Assembly: GCA_028534125.1 (NCBI GenBank)
Contig: CM052816.1
Coordinates: 5,768,001-5,832,000, forward strand
DNA: 64,000 nucleotides
Direction of reading: 5' to 3'
DNA from: Lama glama
Lineage: Eukaryota
Position numbers and translations under genes: made by a program. This document shows, piece by piece, positions 14,031 through 25,924 of this stretch; the stretch's first letter is position 1; the number at the start of each line of letters is the position of its first letter. The notes beneath the pieces are model-generated. The model was given only the letters and a program-made list of their open reading frames with translations, had not been told where the DNA came from and ran no database searches.

Positions 14031-15057
14031 TGTTGATTGATTGATTCATTTTGTAAGCATTGCTTACATGGCAGGCACTGTTGAGCACGAGGGAGATGAC
14101 AGTGAATACAGCACAGCCCCTCCCTCCCAGGGAGAAGGGAAGGTAATGTAGCCCAGTGACGAAAGCATAGGCTTTGGGGTCAGATGCCCTGATTCTCTGT
14201 AAAGTACTTGGCACAGTGTCTGAAGCGTGGTAAGCACTTGGAAATGCCATCTTCACCATCTTACATAATATCATCAACAGTAATTACAGTATCATCTTAA
14301 CTATGTGACAAGGGAGAAAGCAGCACTAAGGGAACACAGAAGGACTTGCTGTCTACTCAGCTGGCAGAGGTCCGGGCAAGTTACCAGAGGAGGAGAAACT
14401 TGTGCTGGGTTTTGAAGTATGAGTAGGAGACTGCCAAGTGGAATAGGTGCAGGAGTGGGAGGAAGCACAGTAGGTTGAGGTAAAAAGGAGAAGGTGAGTG
14501 GGAGAGCGTGTCCCCTGTAAACCTCCTCACCTTTCCCAGCAGAGCACTGAGCAACTCATTCTGTATTCCCAACACACCATGATCATTCTGCGCTTAGAAT
14601 TTCAACCAGGTTGCTGTAATGATTTAGGATGTCACTTTGATCATTACTTATGGTGTTTATTGATGAACATTGATGATGATGGGTTGAATTCAAACAGAGC
14701 CCACAGAAATTGGGAGAGACAGGCTGATCGAAAGGTGAAGAGGTCAAAGTGATAGGATTTGATGACCCACAGGGGCAGAAGCAGTGGGGAAGGAAATGAA
14801 TTCTGACATGGTCTCCGGAGGTAGATCCTGGCTGCAAGCTGACTCTTCTGGCAAATGATGCTTTTTCCTTTTGTTAGCAAGACACTGAGTGTATCGTTAA
14901 GTGCATAACTTGATGCTAATGGAAGGCAGTAAGAATCTGACTGGAGCGTTCTCTAAGTTCTGACAGTTGGGCATTTCCTGTGCTGGTCGTGGGTTGGGAT
15001 TCACCACAGAACTTCCTCTGTGTATTTCTAATCTCACAGCTTGATTTGTTTTTCTAG

Positions 15058-15280
15058 ACAAGGGATGGGCAAACCTTTTCTGTGAATGGCCAGGGAATAA
15101 ATATTTCAGGCTTTGGCGGGGCTCGTAGTCTCTGTTGTTTTCGTCTCTGCTGGTGGAGCGTGAAAACAGCCACAGACGTATGTAAACACGTGCACGCGGC
15201 CTTGTTCCTGTGTAGCTTTCATTGCAAAAACAGACAGTGGGCTGGAGTTAGCATGCGGCCTGTTGTTTAATGACTCCTGC
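15058..15280. mobile_element. hAT-Charlie MITE (MER58A-like)
   Basis: caagggatgggcaaaccttttctgtgaatggccagggaataaatatttcaggctttg ... gtttaatgactcctg. Confidence 0.78.
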
Positions 15281-16789
15281 CCTCAACCCTACAGAGAATC
15301 TGAGAGACCTTTGATTGAAGTTCATATGCAACTTAGCCTTTTTTTTTCATCATCTATCCAGGCATTAGTACCTCCACACGCACACTCAGATAAAATAGTG
15401 GAATGATTTATCTGTCAGTTCCTTTCTGTGCTGTCCTCAGGGGGAAGCTAGAAGGCATTGGTCAAGAGAATGGGCTCGGGAGTCAGACCAGACAGGGTCG
15501 AGTCCTGCCTTCTTATCTGTTGCTTGTATGACTTTAAGCAAACCACAGCATCTCCTTCGTGCTTGTTTCTTTACAAACTGAAGTATTAGTGCTCATCTGA
15601 AAGGTATTCTTAAGAATTACAAAGGAAACAAATGAAGCAGGAAGCACAGTGCCTGGCAGAGGGAGTGTTTCAGGATGGAGGTGTGCAGATGGAGGGAGGA
15701 GCAGTGACCTGGCTGCAGGTGGGGGAGCAGGTGCCGTGACTGGGGGCCTTCGGGAAAGCAGATGCCTGGGGCCAGAGTGGGGAGTACAGAGTTATTAAAC
15801 AGCAATCAGCTTTTGATCTCCAACCTCCTCTCCAGGACGTCTCTGACAAGGAGTTAGGTATGGACGTTCTTTATTTCCAAAGTGTGTCCTGTCCTCCCCA
15901 AGAGGAAGGAGACAAAGGGACACCTCCTGGGTGCCTTCATTCAGCTGAGCTCAAGAGGTCACTGAGCTCAACCTACTTCCCTTGGTCATCTGCTTCAAAT
16001 GGCTATTTTTTAAAAAGTAATGGAAACAGGGGTGTGAAGGTAGAGGTTCAGATGACCCACCTCTAAGTTACTGGGAGGAAAAAGGGTCCATCTTAACTAA
16101 TTACTTGGCTGTGCAGTGTTCAAAGAGAGGCTTTCTTGGTATCAGGCATCGAGGCTCTGGCCAAATGCAACAATTCCACTGATGAGGTCACTTCATCCAA
16201 GACGCTGTGTCTGGCTGGCAAATCATCCCATTTTCACCAGCTGCAAATCTCTCAGTGCTTCCCTGGCAGAGTAAGAGTGATTCGTGTTAATTGCCCAGCT
16301 GCTGGTCACTGTGTTCCAGCACTGCAGGAGGGGCGGGCCTGGACTCCCGGAGTGAGTCCCAGGGGTGGGGGACTGGGGGTTGGACAGCAGGCGCCAAGGA
16401 AAGCCTGGTACTCTGTAAGCCAGTGTACTGTTCTAGAACTTGCAGAGCAATGTTTCAAAGCAGGATGGTCTTACGTTCCTGTTACTTCCCATTTAGGTTA
16501 GCTATGGGAGCATAGCGTGGGCACAGTTTGCAAAATATGAGTGTAGATTAATTGATTTAAAAAATAATTTTATATTACAGAGTGCTTTGGTTCACTCTGT
16601 AAACCTTGGTCTCCACCTCTGAAAATGAAGATACTGAATTCCAGCTCATGATTTGTGAGAATTCAAAGAACAAGTCATGTTTCACACTTAGCACAGACAC
16701 AACGGGACTCGAAAGATGTCACCTGTGATGATGATGGTGATGGTGATTTCTTCTGGAAACACTCCTCTTAGCTTCTAGGCTCCACACTT

Positions 16790-16998
16790 TCCTCAGTCTT
16801 CTCTACTTATCAAAGTCTAATGTGATCTTTATATAATCACATATTTATTTGTTTATTCATGAGTATCTGTCTTCCTCCACTAAACTGTAAGTTCAGAGAA
16901 GGCAGGCATCTTTGTCACTTATGTCTATATCCATGGCACCTACCAGAGTGCCTGGCACATAGTAGGTGCTCATTGAACATGTCCTGAATAAATGAATA
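16790..16998 (+). mobile_element. L2 3' end
   Basis: ctgtcttcctccactaaactgtaagttc...agtgcctggcacatagtaggtgctca...tgaataaatgaat. Confidence 0.8.
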
Positions 16999-17641
16999 AT
17001 TACACAATGTTGACTAAGCAGGGGCTACATAGTGAATCTGAAGAGAAATACCTAAGAAGTTTCTTGTCAAGAAAATCAGTTTAGTAGAAGGAATGTGACC
17101 CCCACACAAGCATCTCTGATGCTAGGGCTGGGATGGACAGCAGGGGGAGTTAACGATTAAGTGCTATGGAATTGCAGAAGAGAGAAGAGCCACATCCAAC
17201 TGGGAAAGATCTAGAAAGGTGACGTGGAAGAGGAAGCTTTTACCTGGGATATGCAGGGCAGGCAGGCTTTGAGCATTCTGAAATAGAAAGCTATTTCCTG
17301 GAGCAGGAACAGCTTGTGCTATGGTGTGGAGATGGGACAAGAATGTGAAAAAGCAAGAATTTTTCACTTTACCCAAAACGTATTAGCCACCTAGCCACCA
17401 CCGTTCTCCGAGTACCTACTTTGAACTGAGTACTGCCTAAAATATTTGACATCCAGTCTTCTGATCCCCGTCACTCTCTCTAGACCAGGTAGGAATAACC
17501 CCCAACCCCGACTTTGTGACACATGGTGAAACTGAGGTCCAGAGATGAAATAATTAAGGTCACAAAGCAAGTGATGGAGGCAAATTCTTGTGGTACGGTT
17601 TCATTGTGCTGAAACTGGGTCCAGCTTGAACCAGGACTACC

Positions 17642-17685
17642 ACCTCTCTCAAGGGTGACCTCTCTCAAGGTTGACCTTCTCAGGT
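17642..17685. repeat. 16-bp tandem repeat, about 2.7 copies
   Basis: acctctctcaagggtg / acctctctcaaggttg / accttctcaggt. Confidence 0.8.
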
Positions 17686-18394
17686 CCCAAGCACCACTTA
17701 CCCAGTGAGTTCCTGGGCACAAAGGAGTATGTAGCACTGTACTGGTGTTAAAGATGGGACTTCTTCCACATATATTTCTTTGGGTAAATTCTTAGAAGAA
17801 GCCATTCTTTTTTTATAGCTAGCTGCCTGCTGGCCAGCCCATAATACCAAAACATATGTTTCCCCTGGATCTGGAGCCCTCCCGAGAGCTCCTACTCTTT
17901 GCTGATCCAGTAGCTGGTTTCAGAAGGGAGACGGGTTCTGGGGCCTGGGTCCCTGCCTCATTGGGTCAATGAGGGCCTGAATTGTCTTCTGTGGCCAAAC
18001 ATAGCTGGCATTTGAAGTCCTTAGAGTGGGCAGCAGATTTAAATGTGAGATGTTGTAGGTGTTTAAAAATAGACCCCGATCCATTAGCACATAGGAGTGA
18101 AAAGCACCACAATGCATGCTTCTGCTTTGGTTAATGCTTGGTTTGCTCCAGCACAAGGCACATATCACAAGGAAGGGTTTTACTTAAAAGAACCAGTTGA
18201 AAATCCTCCATTCGTCAGATATTTTTCAGCCTCCCCAGTTCCCTGTGCTCTCAGACCCTCCCTCCCACATATCCCTGAGAAAGCTAGCAGGGCAGCCCCA
18301 GAGGTAGGGAATAGCCTTCCTTCCTTTCCTGACCCCAAACCCTCCCAATCATTTTATCAAAAGGACCCTCAGCTGTTTCTGAGACAGTGAAGAC

Positions 18395-19030
18395 AGTTCT
18401 GAAGTAGGAGTTCAGAAGATGTACGGACCTCCTGTGTTAACTGTGTAATTTGAGGCATGTTACTTCACATCTCTGAACCTCGGTTTCATCTGTCTATGAA
18501 ATGGGGACACTAACAGGAACAACCTAAAAGCGTTGTTGTGAGGATGAGCTGTAGCATGCTTCGCCGGCCGCCTGGACCAGAGGAGATGCCTGGGAGAAGC
18601 AGATGCCACTATTCTGAAATGCAAGATGTCATGGCAAGAAGTTGTCAGTTGCTGTTAAGTGGAAAAAGCAGGTTACAAAACAGACTAAGCTGTATGGCCA
18701 CATCTGAAAATCATCTTTGGCAGAGATAAGTGTTTGTATGTATGTAAACTAAGCTACAACAAGAGTCATCTAGGTGGCTGGAGTATGGGATTTTTTTCTA
18801 CCTTCTTCTATTTTCTGATTTGCTAAATGAATACCTTTAATATTTATAACATGTAGAAAATCTAGAACATAGTGGTTAAAATTATGGACTATGGGATCAT
18901 CTAACCTGGGTTCAAATCCCAACGTCTTCTCTTACTGTGTGACCTTGTGACAGTGGCTTAGCCTCTCTGAGTTTCAGCTCCCTCTGTAAAATGGAGACAA
19001 TAGCACTACCTCCTTATGTTAGCCATCGAA
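18395..19030 (+). mobile_element. Two MIR SINEs (about 18395-18610 and 18868-19030)
   Basis: ttacttcacatctctgaacctcggtttc; acctgggttcaaatccc...tgtgtgaccttg...ctgtaaaatggagacaatagcactacct. Confidence 0.7.
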
Positions 19031-19828
19031 GATTGTTGTTCTTTCATCACTAATTTGGTGGGTGGCAAAAGATCAGGAAGAGGGAAGAAAGGCACTGATG
19101 TAGGCAGGGAGGTGAGTGAAAGTCTCTCTGGGCAGGTAATAATTAAGCTGAGAGCTAAGGTTGAGAATGATGTAGATGTGTGAAGAATCTGGAGGAAGAA
19201 CATTCTAAACAGAGGAGACAGAGCAGAGTTCTGAAGGCAGGAAAAGGCATCATGTCTTCAAGGTAATTGGCAGCATAGGATGAGTTTGGAGAGTAAGGAA
19301 AGGACTAGATCAAGCAAAGCATCTGAAGCCAGGGCTTGGATTCTGTATTTAATTATTAAAAGTCCAGCTACTAGCGTCACCTCCTCCAAGAAGCCTGCCT
19401 GGGTGCTGCTCCATCTCCTCACTTCCTATTTCTTTGAAGTCTTCTGCTTTTCCCGTCAGTACTACTCCTTGTTCTGCTCTTTTGCACTGTTAGCGCTACA
19501 CTAAATAATTAAATCATTAGGGGATTTTTAGGTGTCTTCATAATTCCCTAGAACCCAATACACTCTCAATATTTGTGGAGTGAATGTGAAACTCCACACA
19601 TAGGCATTTGCAGTGCTTTCCTCTGAGCTATCTGTAGAAGAAAATTTCTTAAGCTTATAATAGCAAAATCATGATTGTGTGAGGAGTCATTTATTCTATG
19701 AGTTCATAAACTGATTTCAAAAACTTTAGGAGCACCAAATTTTGAGAAACTGGTATCTCAGATGTATCCAGAATTCTTACATAACCATACAATCATGTTT
19801 CCTCTAAATCACTGCTCTGCAGAATGGT

Positions 19829-20459
19829 TGTCAGAGAGCAAATGATTGCATAAAGTTAAAATAATAAAACTGAGTTTCTTTTAAAATGCTGTAAAAGACT
19901 GCTCACAAATTTAGACAGAACTGTGAAGTAATATATGGGTATTGTTTTAAACTAAGTTCGTGGGATGAGCAAAGAATGCTGCCTGCCTATCAGTTCAAAA
20001 AGCTACCAACCACTGCAGCCACCCCTATGGTGAGCCCTGAGGGAATTCAGTATGGAAACAGGAAACACCCCCATCAAGGAATCAGCTGACAGCCACTCCC
20101 AACAGGGCATCCAGAGGAGGCTCAGGATGGAAGCACAGGACACTGGCCCTAGATAGCTAATGTGCATATCAGAGGAACGATTCAGTGAGCCCACACTCTT
20201 GCATCTTCCCATACATAGAAAAGTGCTAAATTCCTTAACTGAGATGTCTGGTTTTCTTTAATTAACAGTGATCTTTTTGATGTCCTGACTACCTGGTCTT
20301 TGTTGCAAAACTCCCTGTATATCCTGGCTCCTCCTTTACCTCTTCGGAGCAGTCTTTTAGACCTATCTGAGGCTGTCTCCCAGGCTTAAGTCCTCAGAAA
20401 GTCCACCAAATAAAACATAACTCTAAACTTTTAGATTGTGCAAATTTTTTCAGTCGACA
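19829..20459 (+). mobile_element. Solo ERV1 LTR, MER41-like (artiodactyl type)
   Basis: TGTC...GACA termini, flanking atggt/gtggt duplication, AATAAA at about 20409 followed by a short U5; internal sequence resembles artiodactyl MER41-type LTRs (family call from memory). Confidence 0.75.
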
Positions 20460-20760
20460 GTGGTAATTTGTTACATACCAATAGAAAACTGAAGTATGAC
20501 TGGAAATCACTATACAGTGTTCCTTTAAACCGTGTCTTGGGTAAACCATTTAAGGATGGCTACAATAGATGCTGGTCCCATTGTTCCATTTTAGCCTGGT
20601 CCTCTACTTTTCCCCTTTACGTTCTCTGAATGAAGTTGGTTGTTAAGTGTAAAGGCTCTACTGTCAGGCTGCTTGGGATCAAAAGCCATTCTGCCAAGAA
20701 CTGGGTGGTGACAAGTTACCTAACCACACTAAGACTCAGTCTCTCACCTACAAAGTGGGA

Positions 20761-21302
20761 TGTGGTAGGCAGAAAATCAGCCCCCTAAAGATCCATGCCC
20801 CAATCTCTAGACCCTGTGAATGTGTCCCATTATATTGGAAAAGAGATTTTTTTCCGATAGAATTAAGTACCTTAAAGCAGGATGACTATCCAGGTAGGCT
20901 CAGTGTAATCACATTGGCTCTAAAAGGGGAAGATAGATGGTCAAAGAGCTGGGACAGAAGAAGAGCTAGGAGAGATGTAAAGGGACTCGATTCTCCATTT
21001 CTGGCTTTGAAGGTAGGGAATGAGGGCCATGAGGCAGCTGGGAAGAGCCCTTGGCTGAAAGCCAGCGAGGAAACATGAACCCAAGTCCTACAACCACAGG
21101 AGTTTAAAATTGCCAGCAACCTCAGTGAGCAAGGAAATGGACTTTGCCTTTGAGCTCCTGGAAAGGAACATAGCCCAGCTGCCAACTTTATTTTAGCCCA
21201 GTGAGGCTCATGCTGGACTTTGGATCTATAGAAGTATAAGATAACAAATTTGTGTGATTTTAAGCTGCTAAGTTTCATTATGGCTGCAATAGATAACCAA
21301 TA
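20761..21302 (+). mobile_element. MaLR LTR (MLT1D-like) nested in a MIR
   Basis: Starts tgtggtaggcagaaaat...ccccctaaagatcc; ends aatttgtgtgattttaagctgctaagttt...gcaatagataaccaata. Confidence 0.8.
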
Positions 21303-21389
21303 TGGGGATACTATGTGAAAAATAAATACATGTCCATCATACAGGACAGAGATGGGCATATAGTATATACCTAATCCATGCTATTTCTT

Positions 21390-21449
21390 TTTTGACTTTT
21401 TAAAAAATTAAAGTATAGTCAGTTACAATGTGTTAATTTGTGGTGTACA
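21390..21449 (-). mobile_element. Extremely 5'-truncated (~60 bp) camelid L1 3' end
   Basis: tatagtcagttacaatgtgttaatttgtggtgtaca nearly identical to the copy at about 34964-34999; TSD catgctatttctt (21377-21389) / cgtgctatttctt (21450-21462). Confidence 0.8.
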
Positions 21450-21749
21450 CGTGCTATTTCTTCTCACTACTATTTTTATCAGTCATTCACTGCTTGGCCA
21501 CACTCATCTTCCCTGTCCATCCTGAGTGCTGTCATTTGTGATACCTCTTCCTGTTCTTGCTTCTCCATGTGTGTCCCTAGATACACTTTCCATCTTCATA
21601 ATCCATCCCAGATGACATCTCTAAGAAGATTTCCCCAACCCCTTCAGTCAGGCACAATCTCTTCCAATGCAGCACTTTTTTCTTCTTTTTTTGCCCCTTT
21701 GCTAGCTGTTACATTTACTTAAAACCAAGGTTATATGAAGGGTTTTCTC

Positions 21750-22820
21750 TTGTTATTAAATTCTTTATGCTGTGATAGCAAAAGATCCCTAAATTTTTGC
21801 TTTAAACAACCAGGTATATTTCTTTCTTTCTTTCTTTCTTTCAAAAAAATTATTTTACTATGGCAAGAACACTCAGTATGAGATCTACCCTCCTAATAGA
21901 TTTTTAAATGTACAGTGCAGTAAACTATGGATACAATGCTGTACAGTTGATCTCTAGAAATTACTCGTCTTGCTTAACTGAAACATTATGCCCATGATTA
22001 GCAATTCCCCATTTTCCCCTCCCTCCCAGTCCCTGGAAACTACTATCCCACTGTTTGGGTCTATGTATTTGATTACATTAGACTTCTCATATAATTGGAA
22101 TTATGCAACTTTTGTCCTCCAGTGGCTGGCTTATTTCACTTAGCATGATATTTTCAAGGTTCATCCATGTTATTGCAGATGGCAGAATTTCCTTTTTTAA
22201 GGCCAAATAACATTCTGTTATATGTATATACTACATTTTCTGTATTTATTCATCCATTGGTGGATATTTAGATTGTTCCATTTCTTGGCTATTATGAATA
22301 CTGCTGCAGTAAACATGGAAGTGCTAATATCTCTTCTAGATCTTGATTTCAGTTCTTTTGGATAAATACTCCATGGTAGGACTGCTGGATCACATGGTAG
22401 TTCTATTTTTAATTTTTTGAGGAACCTCCGTACTATTTTCCATGGTGGCTGCACCATTTTCCATTCTCACCAACAGTGTACAAGAGTTTCAATTTCTCTG
22501 TATCCTTGGCAATACTTTTCGTCTTTTAAGGTATGCTTCTTGCTCATGATACATGAACATAGCAAGTTGATTGAGGGCTGTTTTCACCTCACCCTTCCTT
22601 TGGAGCCAGGACTGCCATTTGGAATATCCCCAGTTGTATACTGGCTCCTAAAGTATCTTCCCAGGAGTGACACATACCACTTCTGTTCACATTTTATTGG
22701 GCAGATGAAATAAAATGGTGACACCTAGCATCAGTATGGAAAGCAATGATCAATCATACCCTGTGCGAAAGAGGAAGAGAATTGGGTATATCTGGTGGAC
22801 AGCGTTCATGGCAACCATGA
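21750..22820 (-). mobile_element. Old MaLR LTR (MLT1K/L-like) split by an L1 insertion
   Basis: Pieces 21750-21824 and 22529-22820 (gtgacacataccacttctgttcacattttattgg) join across the L1 TSD. Confidence 0.55.
21825..22528 (-). mobile_element. 5'-truncated L1 (L1MA8/9-like): ORF2 C-terminus remnant plus 3' UTR
   Basis: ORF 22218..22457 resembles the L1 ORF2 C-terminus ([17 protein letters not shown]...IYPKELK); TSD aggtatatttctt (21812-21824) / aggtatgcttctt (22529-22541). Confidence 0.88.
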
Positions 22821-23959
22821 ATTCTCACCCACAACAGTCTCCTTGGAAGAAGTTTTCATCACAGTTACCACTTTATAGATGAAGAGCTTGAAGCTCAGTG
22901 ATTGGTCACATATTTCCTAAGTGACAGGATTGGAACTAGGACCCAACAGCCCTTCCATCCTTTTTTCATCCCTGCTACAATTCTGTAAAATGCTGTTATG
23001 TGCCTGACACTGTGCTGGGGATTCAGCAGAGAAGAAACTCTCTTCTCTGCCTGCATTAGTGCTTCCAGACCACTGCTGTGCCCAGGTCTCCTTCCCGTCC
23101 TCCATGCCTTCCTCTCTTCATTCTCTCTGCCTCATGTGCTGCCTGTTTTTAGAGTTGTCCTCCACTCCTGCACAAGGAAACACATCACAAACAACTGGAG
23201 GACAGGGGTAGGCTCTTCAACTTCAATTCCTTGGGAATCCCTAATGTATTAAGCACTCAACAAATGTTCCTGGAATTAAACACAAAATGGAAAGCAGAAT
23301 TCACCTTAGATGCCAAACATTTGTTCTCTTTTTATATCCCCCAACATGTGTTCCCCAAACTCTTGTAGTAATAGTTTTGCCAGTTTATTATAGCAAACAT
23401 CTATCAGCATATATTTGAAAAAAGATTAAAAAAATCATCAACAATACACCTCATAAATCACTCTGAAAATTGCCAAAGAAATTTCTTAATCTCTTTTTTC
23501 TTCCAAGAGATGTCACATCTTCCAGTGATTTCTACTAAATTGACAGTTCTAATTAGCAGCCATGAAAATGCAAGCTTTTAAAGCCATGGCTGATAAGAAA
23601 AGAATTTTCCAGAGATGTGATAAAATTTCTTCCCATAAGGGATGTCTTGTTTCTCACTGGTTGGGTTTAGATGAGAACAGAAAGCCTGTGAGAAGGAAGG
23701 TGAAGTTGGGAAAAGATAAATGGGGGAGGACATGTGTCTTAACTACCTGTCTGGCCTCCAGGGGTTAAGCAGATCACTTGTCATTTACTGCAAGGGTGTT
23801 CTTCACCCAGCGGGATTGTCAGGGAAGAGTCTGCACTGTCTCATAGCTCTGGGTCCTGACATAACCTAGAAGCTGAACGCTGGCCCAGTTTGGGAGCCAA
23901 TTTGTCTTCATCTGTAGAGAATTTAAAGAGTCAACGTTGAATCAGCCCCAATGCTGTCA

Positions 23960-24560
23960 CTCATGACAACAGATATTTATCAGTTACCTTCTGTGTGCTG
24001 GGCATTGTGCTGGTGAGACTTCTTGGGCTTACCTGGGGAAGGACAGTCTAAGCTGAGAAATGGTTCACTAGGGAGAGCTGTGTTGCAGAGAAGGTTGTTA
24101 AGGGCCCAGAAAATAAGAATCAAAGATGTGGGAATGAAAGAGATAATGGGTCCTGCAGGGGAGGAAGGGCAGAGGAATACAGTAGGAACCTTGGCGGGGA
24201 GAGTGCAGAGCAATGGGAAATGAGGCTGAGAAGGAGGCCATGCAGGGTTCTGGGGTACTGGAGGAAGTCTGGTAGAAAGACAGTGAGGGATAGAAAGCAG
24301 GAGGTAACATGAGTCAGTTCACATATTTGGCAAAATCACTCTACTATGTATAGTGGAGGATGGATTGGGGATCTTGTAGCAACAAGAATGGAGGTATGGA
24401 GATGAAAAAGCAATGTTGCAGGAGCCCAGATCAGAGGTAATGAGTGCCTGGACCATGCGGTCACAGCAAGGGTAAAGAAAAAGTGAATAGACTTCCTTAG
24501 ATTTAGGAGGTAGAATTTCTATTTGAAGATTGATTGGATATAGAAGGTGAAGCAGAGGGC
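23960..24560 (-). mobile_element. L2 LINE fragment
   Basis: atatttatcagttaccttctgtgtgctgggcattgtgct...atttaggaggtagaat...gattgattggatatagaaggtga. Confidence 0.65.
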
Positions 24561-25469
24561 TAATTTTTTGAGGGCTCTATTTTTGAAGTGACTATTTTGT
24601 GCCAGACATTCTGCAAGATGTTCATATTTATTCCTCATCGCATGCTAGGAAGGAAGATTTAGCTCCATTTTATGCATGGGGACACTGAAGCTTGGCAAGG
24701 TTAGGTGTCTTCCCATCAACACACAGCTAGTTTTGAGTCTAGAGTTTATCCTTAAGCCCTAGACTGTACTGTCTCCCTACTTTTACCTCCAGGATTCTGG
24801 TTGGAGCATCTCAGAAGAAAATGGAGGCATTTTCTGAAATGCAGGGCATTAGGAAAATCAAATATTCTAGTAGGATCTTTCTTGCATTTGCCATTGTTAG
24901 AACCAGCTACCACGCTGCCCTGGACAATGAGATCTACAACCTTGCACTTCTCTCCCTATAGAAATGCCCACTGTTTCCTTTGTCTCATCCTTCTCATCAG
25001 GATGGGTGCTCAGCCTGAGTCCCTGTTCCTCGGGCATTATTCCTGGAATAGGGAGCTGGAACTGGTCCTTAGCTCCTGTACCCTGGTGCAGATGGGGGCC
25101 TCTGTGTACACATTTCCTTTAGCTTCTTAGCAGTTAACATTTAAACTAGCATTGAAAATCTTCCTGGGAAAGAGAAATGGGGTAGGACCCAGAGGGGAGA
25201 AAGATGCCTGAGATAAAGGAGGGGGAGAGATACCTGGCTGCTGTATCAGAGCAGTTGACTGGGGAGTAGCTGTGTTAACCACGGACAAGGTACCTACTTC
25301 ATTTTAAGTCTGTTTCCCCATCTGTATGTAAAACACAAGAGAGGGGACAATGCTTGCTTGCCTCATGGTTGTTGCACAGATCAAATACAATAGCAGATGA
25401 CTATACTTTGAAAATCAAAACATTCCTTGCAAATGAGAGGACACAAAGTTTGGATATCATGAGTTAGAA

Positions 25470-25889
25470 TCAGAGACACAAGTGCTAGAAGGTACCTTGG
25501 GGATCATCAAAGTCATCTTGATTATTCTACAGATGAGGAAAACCAGGCTAAGGCTCAGAGAGATTAAATGACTTTCCCCAAAGTCACCCTCAAAATTAAT
25601 CTTGGAGCTAGGTTTAGAAGGCAAATCCCCAGCCCTAAGCTGAGGGTTCTTTCTACTGTATTGCTTTGAAAGAATAACACAGTAATTGACCCACTGGGTT
25701 TTAAGGTCAGACTGGGGTTTGACCGCTAGCTTTGCCACTTACTAATTGTATGATTTTGGCCAATTTATGTAATCTTTTTGAGTCTCACTTTTTCTTTTTA
25801 TCTGTAAAAATAGAATAGTTGTAATTGCTAAGTCAAAGGATTGTTATGAAGATTAAATGAGGTGATGCTTGCAGATACTGGGTAAACAG

Positions 25890-25890
<1 letters not shown>
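25470..25890. mobile_element. Two MIR SINEs in opposite orientation (about 25470-25670 minus, 25690-25890 plus)
   Basis: ctacagatgaggaaaacc...aggctcagagagattaaatgactttcccca and gctttgccacttactaattgtatgattttggcc...gaagattaaatgagg. Confidence 0.75.

Positions 25891-25923
<33 letters not shown>
25891..25923. repeat. (GAT)11 microsatellite at a MIR tail
   Basis: Perfect gat repeat. Confidence 0.95.

Positions 25924-25924
<1 letters not shown>

Noticed and set aside
20886..21359. 157-aa ORF, and similar 100-160 aa ORFs at 36906-37274, 61707-62186 and 62269-62718
   Set aside because: Most lie within MLT1/L2 repeats; none shows domain-like content or splice support
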